A stretch of 64,000 nt of DNA, from positions 1,792,001 through 1,856,000 of the forward strand of contig CAXXYH010000003.1 of assembly GCA_963677925.2 (NCBI GenBank), read 5' to 3'. Made by a program: the position numbers and the translations under genes. The notes beneath the pieces were generated by a model. It was not told the origin of the DNA. It saw only the letters and a program-made list of their open reading frames with translations, and did not search any database. Source of the stretch: Spirochaetia bacterium (GTDB lineage Bacteria; Spirochaetota; Spirochaetia; UBA9216). Position 1 is the first letter of the stretch, and each line of letters starts with the position of its first letter. This document shows positions 54,451 to 64,000 of the stretch, piece by piece.

Positions 54451-57400
54451 ATGCAGAACATAGGAATTAACATTGGCTCTTCAAGCCTGAAAATTGTTAT
54501 GCTTGAAGACGGCAAAATCAGCTGGACAAGTGTTCTTCCTCATGAAGGAGATTTTGTCTCCACACTTACTAAATCACTCAGCGGCAGAGACATTGCACCC
54601 GATGCAACAGCCCTGGTAACAGGAACTGAAGGCCGCTACCTTTTCAATATCAAGAGTACAATTGAGACTGTATGTATTGAAAGCGCTCTGAACCAGATTG
54701 GGCACAAGGTAAATGCAGTGGTCAGCATGGGCGGTGAAGATCTGACGGTCTACACTATAGATGAGAATAACAAGATTCAGAACAACTTCACAGGAAGTAA
54801 ATGTGCTTCAGGAACCGGCGAGTTCTTCAAGCAGCAGCTTGGACGAATGGACATGGTTCTCTCTGATGTAGAGAATGTTGATGAGAATGCAAAGGTTCTT
54901 TCTCTGTCATCAAGATGTTCAGTTTTCATGAAGAGTGACTGTACACACCGGCTTAACAAGAGAGAAGCCACAAAGGATGATATCGTTCTTTCTCTAAGCG
55001 ATGTAATGGCCACTAAAGTAATCGACTTCCTCAACAGGGCAAAGATTAAGGACGGAAAGGTTCTTCTTGCCGGAGGAATCACACTTAACAAGTTCATTGT
55101 AAGCTTCATCAAAGAAAAGGCTCCCGGAATCGAGTTTATCGTACCCGAAGAAGCCCCCTACTTTGAAGCCTACGGCGCAGCCCTTCTTGCAGGCGAAAAC
55201 GGAAGCAAGATGCCGGCTGTTGAAAAGCTGCTGAAGGACAATGTTATCAAATTCCCCCGCTATGACAAGCTTTCAAGCGTGATGGACAAGGTAACATACT
55301 TCGAAGCCGAAGTCGGCAAGGTTGAAGCAGGAAAGGAATACATCCTCGGTGTAGACGGCGGTTCAACAACAACCAAGGCCTGTCTTATCGATATTGAAAC
55401 TGATCAGATTGTTGCACAGCATTACGGACGAACCCATGGAGACCCTGTTAAGGCTCTCAAGGGCTGTATCGTTGAACTTCAGAAGAAGATTAAGGAAGAT
55501 ATCGGTGATGAGAAGATTAAAATCAGTCTTGCCTCAACAACCGGGTCTTCACGAGAGATTCTCGGTGTTTTTCTTGAAACATCAGGTGTTTACAACGAGA
55601 TTATTGCTCATGCATACGGAACAACCTTCTTTGCCGAAGATGTAGATACAATCTTCGAAATCGGCGGGCAGGATGCAAAATACGTACTTCTCAATCATAA
55701 GGTACCTATCGATTATGCTATGAACGAGGCATGTTCTGCAGGAACAGGCTCCTTCCTAGAAGAATCAGCATCAGGCGATCTCAACATCAGAAGCGCTGCC
55801 GACATAGGTGACATCGCAATCAAGGCTGAAAGACCGCTGAAGTTCGGCGAGCACTGTTCTGCATTTATCAATTCAGACATCAGAAAGGCTATCCAGCAGG
55901 GAGCCCTTCGTGAAGATATTACAGCGGGTATTGTTACCTCAATTGTTTCAAACTACCTCAACCGCGTAGTTGGAAACAGAACAATAGGAAACAAAATCTT
56001 CCTCCAGGGCGGTGTTGCTAAGAACAAGGCAATTCCGCTGGCATTTGCAATGATGGTAGGAAAAGAGATTCTGGTTCCCCCGTCCCCTGAACTTATGGGA
56101 TGTTTCGGTGTAGGTCTTCTTGCAAAGCAGAAACTTGCCGAGGGACTTCTTGAAAAATCAGAATTCGATCTCGATGCAATACTCGAGACAGAAATTGTCT
56201 ACGAAAAGCAGTTCAGATGCAAGGCATGTGACAATGACTGTCCGATTCAGGTGCTTCAGGTTAACGGTCACAAGTACATGTTCGGCGGACGCTGTTCAAA
56301 ATACACAAACAGCAGAAAGAAGATTGAGACAAGCACCGAGACTGTAGACTTTGTACAGAGACGTTCAGACCTTAACTTTGTTGAGTGCGCCGCTGATCCT
56401 GAAACCTTCGTACAGAAAAGAGATTACACAGTGGGTATTCCAAGGGCCTTCTCGGTTCATTCGCTATACCCGCTTTACTCATGGTTCTTCCATACACTCG
56501 GAATTAAAACCGTGCTTTCAGATGAAATTGCACATGAGGGTATTGCAAGAGCGGAAAGTACTTACTGCTTTCCGGCGGAAATTGCGCACGGAGCAGTTCA
56601 GGACATCATCAACAAGGGCTGTGACTACATCTTCCTGCCTCACTTCAGGGATATGACCAGCTATGAAACCGATGTCCACGCTAACTTCTGTCCTATCACG
56701 CAGGGTCTTCCCTACTACATCAAGAAAGCATTCCCGGATGTTGCCGAGAACAAGATTCTTGAACTTGTAGTTTCCTTCAAATTCGGAAAAGACAAGGCTC
56801 TTGAACTGTTCCAGAAGTTCGGCAAGCAGCTTGATATCAGCGAGGGCGAAATCAAGAAGGCTTTCAACGTTGCCGTTCAGAAACAGGAAGCCTTCCTGCT
56901 CAAGCTTAAAGAACTGGGACTTGAGGCTCTTGAGTTTGCAAGAAACAGCGACAAGCCTGTTATTGCCCTTCTTGGACGTCCCTACAACGCATTCACCCGC
57001 GAAGCAAACATGGGTATCCCCAAGAAATTTACATCAAAGAACTTTACAGTAATTCCGTTCGACATTCTGCCGTACGAGAATGAAGAGATATACGACAACA
57101 TGTACTGGTACTACGGTCAGCAGGACATGAAGTCGGCAAGACTCATCAAGCAGGAAGACAACATCTATGCAGCATGGATTTCAAACTTCTCATGCGCGCC
57201 TGACTCCTTCATGCTCCACTACCTCAAGTGGATTATGGGAAGAAAGCCCTTCCTCGTTCTTGAACTTGACTCACACTCTGCAGACGCCGGTGTCGACACC
57301 CGTGTTGAGGCCTTTCTTGATATTATTGAAGGATACAGAAGCAAGTTTGAAGATGTTGAGCAGGAAAGATACGACAACGGACTGCGGTTCAGAAACGAAG

Positions 57401-58788
57401 ACAGCCTTTATATTGAAAACATCCACAGCGGCGAGAAGTTCCCGGTTATAAACAGCGACCGAGTTGAGCTGATTGTTTCAAACATGGGTGAGATTGCATC
57501 TGAACTGGTAGCAACTGCGCTCACAGCACAGGGTTTCAACGCCAAGTCGATGCCTGTAGCCGATGCTAAAACTCTTGAATACGCAAGAAACTACTGCTCG
57601 GGCAAGGAATGTGTTCCGTCCCAGCTGGTTCTAGGCGGCGCACTCAAGTTCATGGCATCCAAAGAGTTCAGAAAGGACAAGATTTACGCGCTGTTCGTAC
57701 CGATCACAACAGGACCCTGCCGAACCGGTCAGTACTATGTTTTCTATGAAAACCTCTTTCGGGACCTGAAGATTGACAACGTAGTTGTATTCACACTCAG
57801 TGCAGACAACTCATATAACGAGCTAGGTCCCGGCTTCTCTCAGTACGCATGGAAGGCGATCACAGCTTCAGACTACCTGAAGGACGTACAGACAACCCTC
57901 CGGGCCTGTGCCGAAGATCCCGCAGCCGCCATGATTGAATACAAAAAATCCTGGAAGAAGGTTGTGAAATCTGTAGGTGAAGATCTTAAGTCTCTCTACC
58001 CTGCCCTTGAAGTAATGGGTAAGGAAATGGCAACTATCCCGCTGAAGAAGAATCCGCTTGAATGCCCGAAGGTACTTGTAGTTGGTGAAATCTTTGTTCG
58101 ACGTGATGACTTTGCTGTAGACGAGCTTATTGAAAACTTTGCCCGAAAGGGAATAATTGCCAAGGTATCAAGTATTGCGGAATGGATTCACTATACCGAC
58201 TTCGTCCGTGACTATGACATCAAGAAGAGAATCAAGCTTAAGCCCTTCCTTTTCAGACCGTTCACAAAAGAATTCAGAACCTGGGTTTACTACCAGATTG
58301 AAAAGAAATGGAAGGCATCGATGGAACACAAGGCAAAGCATGCTCTTAATGTGAATAACCTTGTCCCCTCAGCTCCGCATGACATGAACAGAATCATGAA
58401 AACTGTAGAGGAAGAGTTTGTCAACCTTGAGCTCAACTCTGAAATTGCAGTTTCTTCAGGTTCCGCTGCAACTGCTATGGAAGAAGGCTACTCGGGTGTT
58501 GTAAACATTTCACCCTTTGCATGTCTTATCGGACGTGTAATTCAGGGAATCTATACTCCATGGGCACGTGAGAGAAACTTCCCGACAATGTCGGTAGAGG
58601 TAGACGGAAACATGCTTCCGCCGAATATTCTCAACCAGCTTAACATCTTCATGCTGAACGTTCTTAGATTCAAGCATGATATGGATATCAAAGACCTTGT
58701 TGACGACAGCGATACTGTCTACAGCTCCGGCCTTGCCGGAATGATGGGATCCGACTCTGAAGAGAAGGAACTTGTTAACCAGAAATAA
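54451..58788 (+). CDS. Multidomain acyl-CoA dehydratase-activase / reductase fusion (2x ASKHA activase + reductase modules; PlsA/Ger-like)
   Basis: INIGSSS..MGGED..KCASGTG..SRCSVF; VDGGSTTTK..EIGGQDAK..MNEACSAGTG..EHCSAF; CKACDNDC..GGRC; YCFP, NFCP, NFSCAPD, GKECVP, GPCRTGQY, SPFACL. Confidence 0.85.
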   Translation: MQNIGINIGSSSLKIVMLEDGKISWTSVLPHEGDFVSTLTKSLSGRDIAPDATALVTGTEGRYLFNIKSTIETVCIESALNQIGHKVNAVVSMGGEDLTVYTIDENNKIQNNFTGSKCASGTGEFFKQQLGRMDMVLSDVENVDENAKVLSLSSRCSVFMKSDCTHRLNKREATKDDIVLSLSDVMATKVIDFLNRAKIKDGKVLLAGGITLNKFIVSFIKEKAPGIEFIVPEEAPYFEAYGAALLAGENGSKMPAVEKLLKDNVIKFPRYDKLSSVMDKVTYFEAEVGKVEAGKEYILGVDGGSTTTKACLIDIETDQIVAQHYGRTHGDPVKALKGCIVELQKKIKEDIGDEKIKISLASTTGSSREILGVFLETSGVYNEIIAHAYGTTFFAEDVDTIFEIGGQDAKYVLLNHKVPIDYAMNEACSAGTGSFLEESASGDLNIRSAADIGDIAIKAERPLKFGEHCSAFINSDIRKAIQQGALREDITAGIVTSIVSNYLNRVVGNRTIGNKIFLQGGVAKNKAIPLAFAMMVGKEILVPPSPELMGCFGVGLLAKQKLAEGLLEKSEFDLDAILETEIVYEKQFRCKACDNDCPIQVLQVNGHKYMFGGRCSKYTNSRKKIETSTETVDFVQRRSDLNFVECAADPETFVQKRDYTVGIPRAFSVHSLYPLYSWFFHTLGIKTVLSDEIAHEGIARAESTYCFPAEIAHGAVQDIINKGCDYIFLPHFRDMTSYETDVHANFCPITQGLPYYIKKAFPDVAENKILELVVSFKFGKDKALELFQKFGKQLDISEGEIKKAFNVAVQKQEAFLLKLKELGLEALEFARNSDKPVIALLGRPYNAFTREANMGIPKKFTSKNFTVIPFDILPYENEEIYDNMYWYYGQQDMKSARLIKQEDNIYAAWISNFSCAPDSFMLHYLKWIMGRKPFLVLELDSHSADAGVDTRVEAFLDIIEGYRSKFEDVEQERYDNGLRFRNEDSLYIENIHSGEKFPVINSDRVELIVSNMGEIASELVATALTAQGFNAKSMPVADAKTLEYARNYCSGKECVPSQLVLGGALKFMASKEFRKDKIYALFVPITTGPCRTGQYYVFYENLFRDLKIDNVVVFTLSADNSYNELGPGFSQYAWKAITASDYLKDVQTTLRACAEDPAAAMIEYKKSWKKVVKSVGEDLKSLYPALEVMGKEMATIPLKKNPLECPKVLVVGEIFVRRDDFAVDELIENFARKGIIAKVSSIAEWIHYTDFVRDYDIKKRIKLKPFLFRPFTKEFRTWVYYQIEKKWKASMEHKAKHALNVNNLVPSAPHDMNRIMKTVEEEFVNLELNSEIAVSSGSAATAMEEGYSGVVNISPFACLIGRVIQGIYTPWARERNFPTMSVEVDGNMLPPNILNQLNIFMLNVLRFKHDMDIKDLVDDSDTVYSSGLAGMMGSDSEEKELVNQK

Positions 58789-58812
58789 GCTGATCTATTT
58801 TTAAAACACTGG

Positions 58813-58850
58813 GAGCTGACTAAGAACTATTCTTAGCCGGCTCTTTTTTT
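58813..58850 (+). terminator. Intrinsic terminator
   Basis: GAGCTGACTAAGAA-cta-TTCTTAGCCGGCTC-T7. Confidence 0.88.
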
Positions 58851-58984
58851 ATGGCATAAATCAATGTTTTACAAACCAGACCGGTCCTGCCGACACTTTT
58901 GCAGCCGTTTTTAACGTAAAATTAATACAATTTTTGTAAGAAATGGCACATTGTATATGGAATTCTCTATGAAAGAATGCTAAT

Positions 58985-59017
58985 TTAAACATACGTTTGA
59001 TTTAAACGGACGTTTAA
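58985..59017. promoter_or_regulatory. Tandem palindromic operator (candidate TetR autoregulatory site)
   Basis: TTAAAC-atac-GTTTGA and TTAAAC-ggac-GTTTAA immediately before the TetR ATG. Confidence 0.7.
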
Positions 59018-59019
59018 TT

Positions 59020-59656
59020 ATGAGTATTATAAATTTATCAACCAAGAAAAAAATACTGGATACAGCCTATGAGCTGTTTTCGGAGAACGGATATGAGGGG
59101 ACATCGGTCAGACAGCTGGCGAAAGAAGCCGATGTCAATATTTCACTGATTGGATACTACTTCGGCGGTAAGGAAGGACTCTACCGTGAAGTTATAAACC
59201 ACAGAATAGGTGAGTTCAGCAACAACTTTGTTGCCTCAGTTCAGGATGAGAAGGATGTTAAAAAGCGGATAAGAAGGTTCTCGGAGCTGCTCCTTTCGTC
59301 TCTCATTGAATCACCTTCCATTCTTACGATAATTACAAGAGAGCTTGTGACAGGCAAAAATAATACCGCCTTTGTAACAGCCGAACTGGTAAAGAATTTT
59401 ATGATCATTTTTTAATTCCTTTTTCACAGACTCAGCCTTACCTGATCTCCTGGAACTGGATGTAACAGAAATGATCTTCGATATATTTATGGTGATAGCA
59501 CCAATCTATTTTTACAGCATAGTCAAGCCGCTTATAGATGACAATATGTTGATGGATGAACACGAAATAGAATCATTCCACGACAAACTGGTAGATCAGG
59601 CCTACGAGATGGGTCTGAAACTATATAAAAGCAATACGAAAGGCTTTACAGCATAA
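59020..59656 (+). pseudogene. TetR/AcrR-family regulator with a +1 frameshift in the T6 run at 59408-59413 (real lesion or sequencing error)
   Basis: HTH ILDTAYELFSENGYEGTSVRQLAKEADVN..YYFGGKEGL. Removing one T joins ORF 59020-59415 to ORF 59471-59656 (..MIIFNSFFTDSALPDLLELDVTEMIFD..), giving about 211 aa. Confidence 0.8.
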
Positions 59657-59672
59657 TCAAACTGGAGTCAAT

Positions 59673-62600
59673 ATGAATAACAAAACCCTCCTCGCGGGAA
59701 TAGACGTCGGTTCAACCACGGTAAAGATTGCCGTAATGGAACCGGAAACCAAAGAAGTCGTTTTCTCAAGATATCAGAGACATAATGCGGATCAGGCATC
59801 GACCGTTTACTCGATACTGACAGAGGTACATGAAAATTTTTCAGACAGAGATATCAGTCTTGCAGTCTGCGGAAGCGGAGGCCAGAGCATAGCCGAATCA
59901 CTTCAGGCATTCTTTATACAGGAAGTGGTGGCAAACTCAATAGCGATAAGAACCTTTTATGATGATGTAAGGGTTGCAATTGAGCTTGGCGGTCAGGATG
60001 CCAAGGTTATATTTTTCAGGCATGATGAAGAAAGCGACAGCCTGGTGGTACATGACATGAGGATGAACGGAAGCTGTGCGGGCGGTACTGGGGCATTTAT
60101 CGATCAGGTGGCCGAGCTTCTGCATGTAACACCCGAACAATTCGGGGCACTTGCTGCCGCCGGAACTGAGGTTTATTCCATTTCAGGCCGATGCGGCGTA
60201 TTCGCAAAGACTGATATTCAGCCGCTTTTAAACCAGGGCGTATCAAAGGAAGACATTGCACTTTCCTCATTTCACGCTATTGCAAAGCAGACCATAGGCG
60301 GCCTTGCCCAGGGTATGGAGATTAGGCCGAAGGTAATATTTGAGGGCGGTCCGCTTACATTCAACCCGCGTCTTATTGAAGTATTCAAGGAACGACTTAA
60401 CTTAAGTGATGCGGATACAATTATCCCGGACAACCCTGAAATTATTGTTGCCGTCGGTGCAGCCCTTTCTATTGAAGCCATGTTCAGCGGTAAGGAAGAC
60501 CTTTACAAAAACGGCGCCAACCTTGAGAAAATCCTTTACAGGCAGGCAACCGGTATACTTGAACAGGACAAGGAACTGCCTTTCTTCTACGACACCGACG
60601 AAATGAACCTGTTCAGAGAGGAGCGAAGGCTTCCGGATTTTACCCCAAAGGCATGGGAGCCCGGTACAATACTGCCTGTATACATTGGTATGGATGCCGG
60701 TTCTACAACAAGTAAATTTATTCTAATGACCGAAGATGAGGAAATTGTCGATATCTTCTACGCCAATAACCAGGGGGATCCCCTCACAATTATCAAGGAA
60801 GCTCTTACACAGATGTATGAAAAATACATCGGCATGGGCGTTGCGCTTGAGATCAGGGGAATGGGAAGTACCGGCTATGGCGAGCTGCTTTTCAACAAGG
60901 CTTTCAAGGGAGACTACCATACTGTAGAAACAGTAGCGCACGCGGAAGCGGCAAAGAAGTATGCGCCCAACGTAAGTTTTATTCTTGATATCGGCGGACA
61001 GGATATGAAGGCTATCTACGTCAATGACGGCGTAGTTACCGGAATAGTTTTAAACGAGGCCTGTTCGGCAGGCTGCGGTTCCTTTATTGAGACCTACGCT
61101 AAGAGCCTTGGCGTAAAGGTTCAGGATATAGCCGACATCGCCTTTCAGGCCGGAAGTCCGTCAAAGCTCGGATCAAGATGTACCGTTTTTATGAACAGCT
61201 CAATTATTACCGAACAGAAAAACGGCAAGAGCACCGGCGACATCCTTGCAGGAATTTCCCGATCAATTATTGAGAACGTATTTACCAAGGTTATCAGAAT
61301 GTCAAACCTTGAATCTTTGGGCGAGTGTATTGTGGTACAGGGAGGAACCTTCAAAAACGATGCGGTTCTCAGAAGCCTCGAGCAGTACACCGGAAAGCAG
61401 GTTGTAAGACCGCCGCATCCGGGAGAGATGGGAGCTATCGGTATTGCCCTGCTTACAAAAAAGTATATAGCCCGTCAGGAAGAAAAGACCGGCAGGAAAT
61501 ACCAGAGCACTTTTATAGGGACTGGAAAATATTGAAGCCTTCAGTTTTACTAAAAAAGCAGGTCAGGTCTGCAGCTTCTGTTCAAACAACTGTAACCGGA
61601 CGATAATCGAATTTAACAACGGAAGCAGACATGTAACCGGAAACCGCTGTGAAAAGGGAGAGGTCTTCGGCGATGTCAGGGAGAAGTCTGTTAAGGACAG
61701 ACTGAAAGAGGTTAACGGCAGACTTAATGCTGTGCCAGACATGATCAAGCTTCAGAATAAGCTTCTTGTAATGGATTATGCTCCGGAGCAGAAGGCTGTA
61801 ACCCAGGGAATCACCATAGGGATTCCGAGAACCCTTGAGTTCTGGAACTCTCTTCCGTTCTGGAAAAGCCTTTATACCTCGCTCGGGTTCAAGGTTGTAG
61901 TTTCCGCTCCAAGTTCGTACAAACTCTTTGAAAGCGGTCTGCAGTCTATTCCCTCCGATACAGTCTGTTTTCCGGCAAAGCTGGTACACGGACATGTTCA
62001 GGATCTGATCAGCAGGAAGGTTGATAGAATCTTCAACCCGGTACTGACCAGAATCCCTAAGGAAAATGAAAAAGCCGAAGACAGCTGCAACTGTCTAGTT
62101 GTTCAGGGCTATTCGATGGTTGTTGATGAAAGCGATACCCCTGAAGCAAAGAACGGCATCAAGTATGACAGGCCTGTCTTTCACTTCGACACCCGGAAAC
62201 TCATGGATAAGCAGATCTGCGAGTACATGAAGATAACCTTCGGCATCGATTTCAATACTACAAGGAGCGCGCTTGAAGAGGCGCATTCTATTCAGGAAGA
62301 TTACTCCGACAGGATGCAGAGAAAGGGCCGTGAGGTAATTAAAAGCCTTGAAGGCAAGGATGATTTTGCGGTTGTTCTAGCGGGCAGGCCCTACCATAAC
62401 GACCTGCTTGTGAATCACGGAATCGCCGACCATTTCAAGAAGATGGGAATTCCGGTTCTTAACCTTGAATCCATTGCCGAGATCCATGATCAGTCTTTTG
62501 ATCATGTAAGATTCGACAGCCTGATAGCCTTTCACGGCAGAATGTACTCTGCTGCAAGCTTTGTTGCCGAGCATCCGAACCTTGAACTTGTTCAGATTGT

Positions 62601-64000
62601 TTCATTCGGATGCGGACATGACGCGATTATTTCAGATGAGATGGCCAGAATACTGAATGACAGAGCCGGAAAGCAGATGCTGGTTCTAAAACTCGATGAG
62701 GGTGAAAATCAGGGACCGCTTAATATCAGAATCAAATCATTTATTGAAACGGTAAAAGCAAGCAGGAGGCTTAAAAAAGACAATCCTGTAGAGCTTAAAG
62801 AATACTGCAAACCCTATGAGGTGAAGTTCGAAAAAGAAGACAAGCGAAGGACCGTACTGATCCCGACCCTGTCTCCGGCCTTTGCAAAGTATTCAGCCAA
62901 GGTTCTTGAGGCTGAAGGCTACAAGGCTGTTCCGGCCATGCTTGCCGACAGGGAAGCCATTGCCCTGGGGAAGAAATACGTCCACAACGATATATGCTAC
63001 CCGGCCCAGATCAACGTAGGCGAACTGCTGAAAACCATCAGGGATGGGAACTATAAGTCAACAGATGTTGCCATCGGACTTGCGAAGAACTGTGAAGCAT
63101 GCAGAGCCGGGCATTATGCGGGACTGGCAAGAAAAGCCCTCGATGAAGCAGGTTATGCCGATGTGCCGATCCTGACCACTGGTAAGGACACAAAGGATAT
63201 GCATCCCGGCTTCAAGGTTACGCTTAAGTTCCAGATGAACATGCTCTGGTCGATAACAATTACCGATGTTCTTGAGGAAATACGCAGGAAGATAAGACCG
63301 TACGAGGTTAACGCCGGTGAATCCGATGAACTTTTTGAACTGTATACAGATTTCATCTATGACAATATCTGCAGCAGCCGCAAAAAGGCTTTGAAGTACT
63401 TTGAACAGGCTATTGAAGCATTCAACAATGTCGAATGCGACCGGACCATCAGAAAGCCGAGGGTTGGAATTATCGGAGAAATCCTGATGAACTTCCACCC
63501 GGAATCAAATGCCAATGTAGAACGCTACCTTGAAGCCAACGGAATGGAAACAGTCTTCCCCGCCATGCATGATTTTTTCAGGCAGAGTGTTGTTATCAAG
63601 AAAGAGAAAGGCAGACGCGGGCACACATCAAATGCGTTCATGGATTACTGCCTCAACGGTCTCACCGACTATGTGTACGGTTCTGTTCACAAAAAGGTTG
63701 ATGAATACTACCGGAAGTTCAAGTTTTATGACGGCTATGGAGATGTGAAGAATCTTGCCGAAAACACTTCTGATATGATGGACATGACATACCGCGGCGG
63801 TGAGAGCTGGATGATGCCCGGAGAAGTAATAGAGCTTGCAAAGAAGGGTGTTAACTCCTTCGTATATGTTCAGCCATTCGGCTGTATGCCGAACCACATT
63901 ACCGGTCGCGGAATGATCAAGACTGTAAAGAAGAAGTTTCCTCATATTCAGATCATTGCGCTTGATTACGATCCTGATACAGCGCTTGCAAACATCGAGA
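59673..64000 (+). CDS. Second multidomain activase/reductase fusion (PlsA-like), interrupted by a +1 frameshift at GGG 61518-61520; runs off the window end
   Basis: GIDVGSTT, ELGGQDAK, MNGSCAGGTG, GRCGVFAK, NEACSAGCG, SRCTVF. After removing one G: ..FIGLENIEAF..VCSFCSNNC..GNRC..VCFPAK..SFGCGHD..HNDICYP..CEACRAG..QPFGCMPNH..LDYDPD, reading open to 64000. Confidence 0.85.

Noticed and set aside
59471-59656. Independent 61-aa protein
   Set aside because: It reads as the C-terminal part of the frameshifted TetR
61533-61535. TGA read-through (selenocysteine) in the second activase gene
   Set aside because: The homologous sequence continues in a different frame, so a frameshift rather than recoding of the stop explains it
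187-63945. Numerous 60-180 aa antisense or off-frame ORFs in the track
   Set aside because: They lie within well-supported genes and show no domain motifs or translation signals
1-64000. Mobile elements, prophage, defence systems, tRNA/rRNA, riboswitches
   Set aside because: No integrase, transposase, phage, cas or restriction motifs were recognized. Intergenic regions are short and largely explained by promoters and terminators. A covariance-model (Rfam) scan would be needed to exclude small RNAs.

Overview
A 64-kb, gene-dense chromosomal segment from an anaerobic, probably free-living spirochaete. The taxonomic call is inferred from the class I LysRS, SecD/SecF with long insertions and spirochaete-style exported proteins. 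I saw no rRNA, tRNA, CRISPR array, integrase or IS element. Housekeeping genes are argF (partial), yajC-secD-secF, purC, clpP, era, lysS, a Dac carboxypeptidase and rlpA. About 26.8-43.7 kb is a redox and energy island. It holds TIGR02757-rubrerythrin-desulfoferrodoxin-rubredoxin; an nqrBCDEF-like operon lacking nqrA/rnfB/rnfC but carrying an extra orphan gene; a divergent DRTGG / CBS-RsbT-kinase / DRTGG / PHP / PAS-kinase cluster; a bifurcating-type [FeFe]-hydrogenase operon; and rex. Other notable loci are a doubly flavinylatable lipoprotein reductase, a two-component locus with a NapH-like protein and an exported DUF2202 protein, and a DeoR / Ldh_2 dehydrogenase / malic enzyme operon. The window ends with two diverged ~1450-aa PlsA/Ger-like (candidate plasmalogen/ether-lipid) enzymes flanking a TetR gene; the TetR and the second enzyme each carry a +1 homopolymer frameshift. 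About a dozen genes show a -10 hexamer exactly 6 nt before ATG, suggesting widespread leaderless transcripts. All family assignments come from motif recognition by eye, not database searches.
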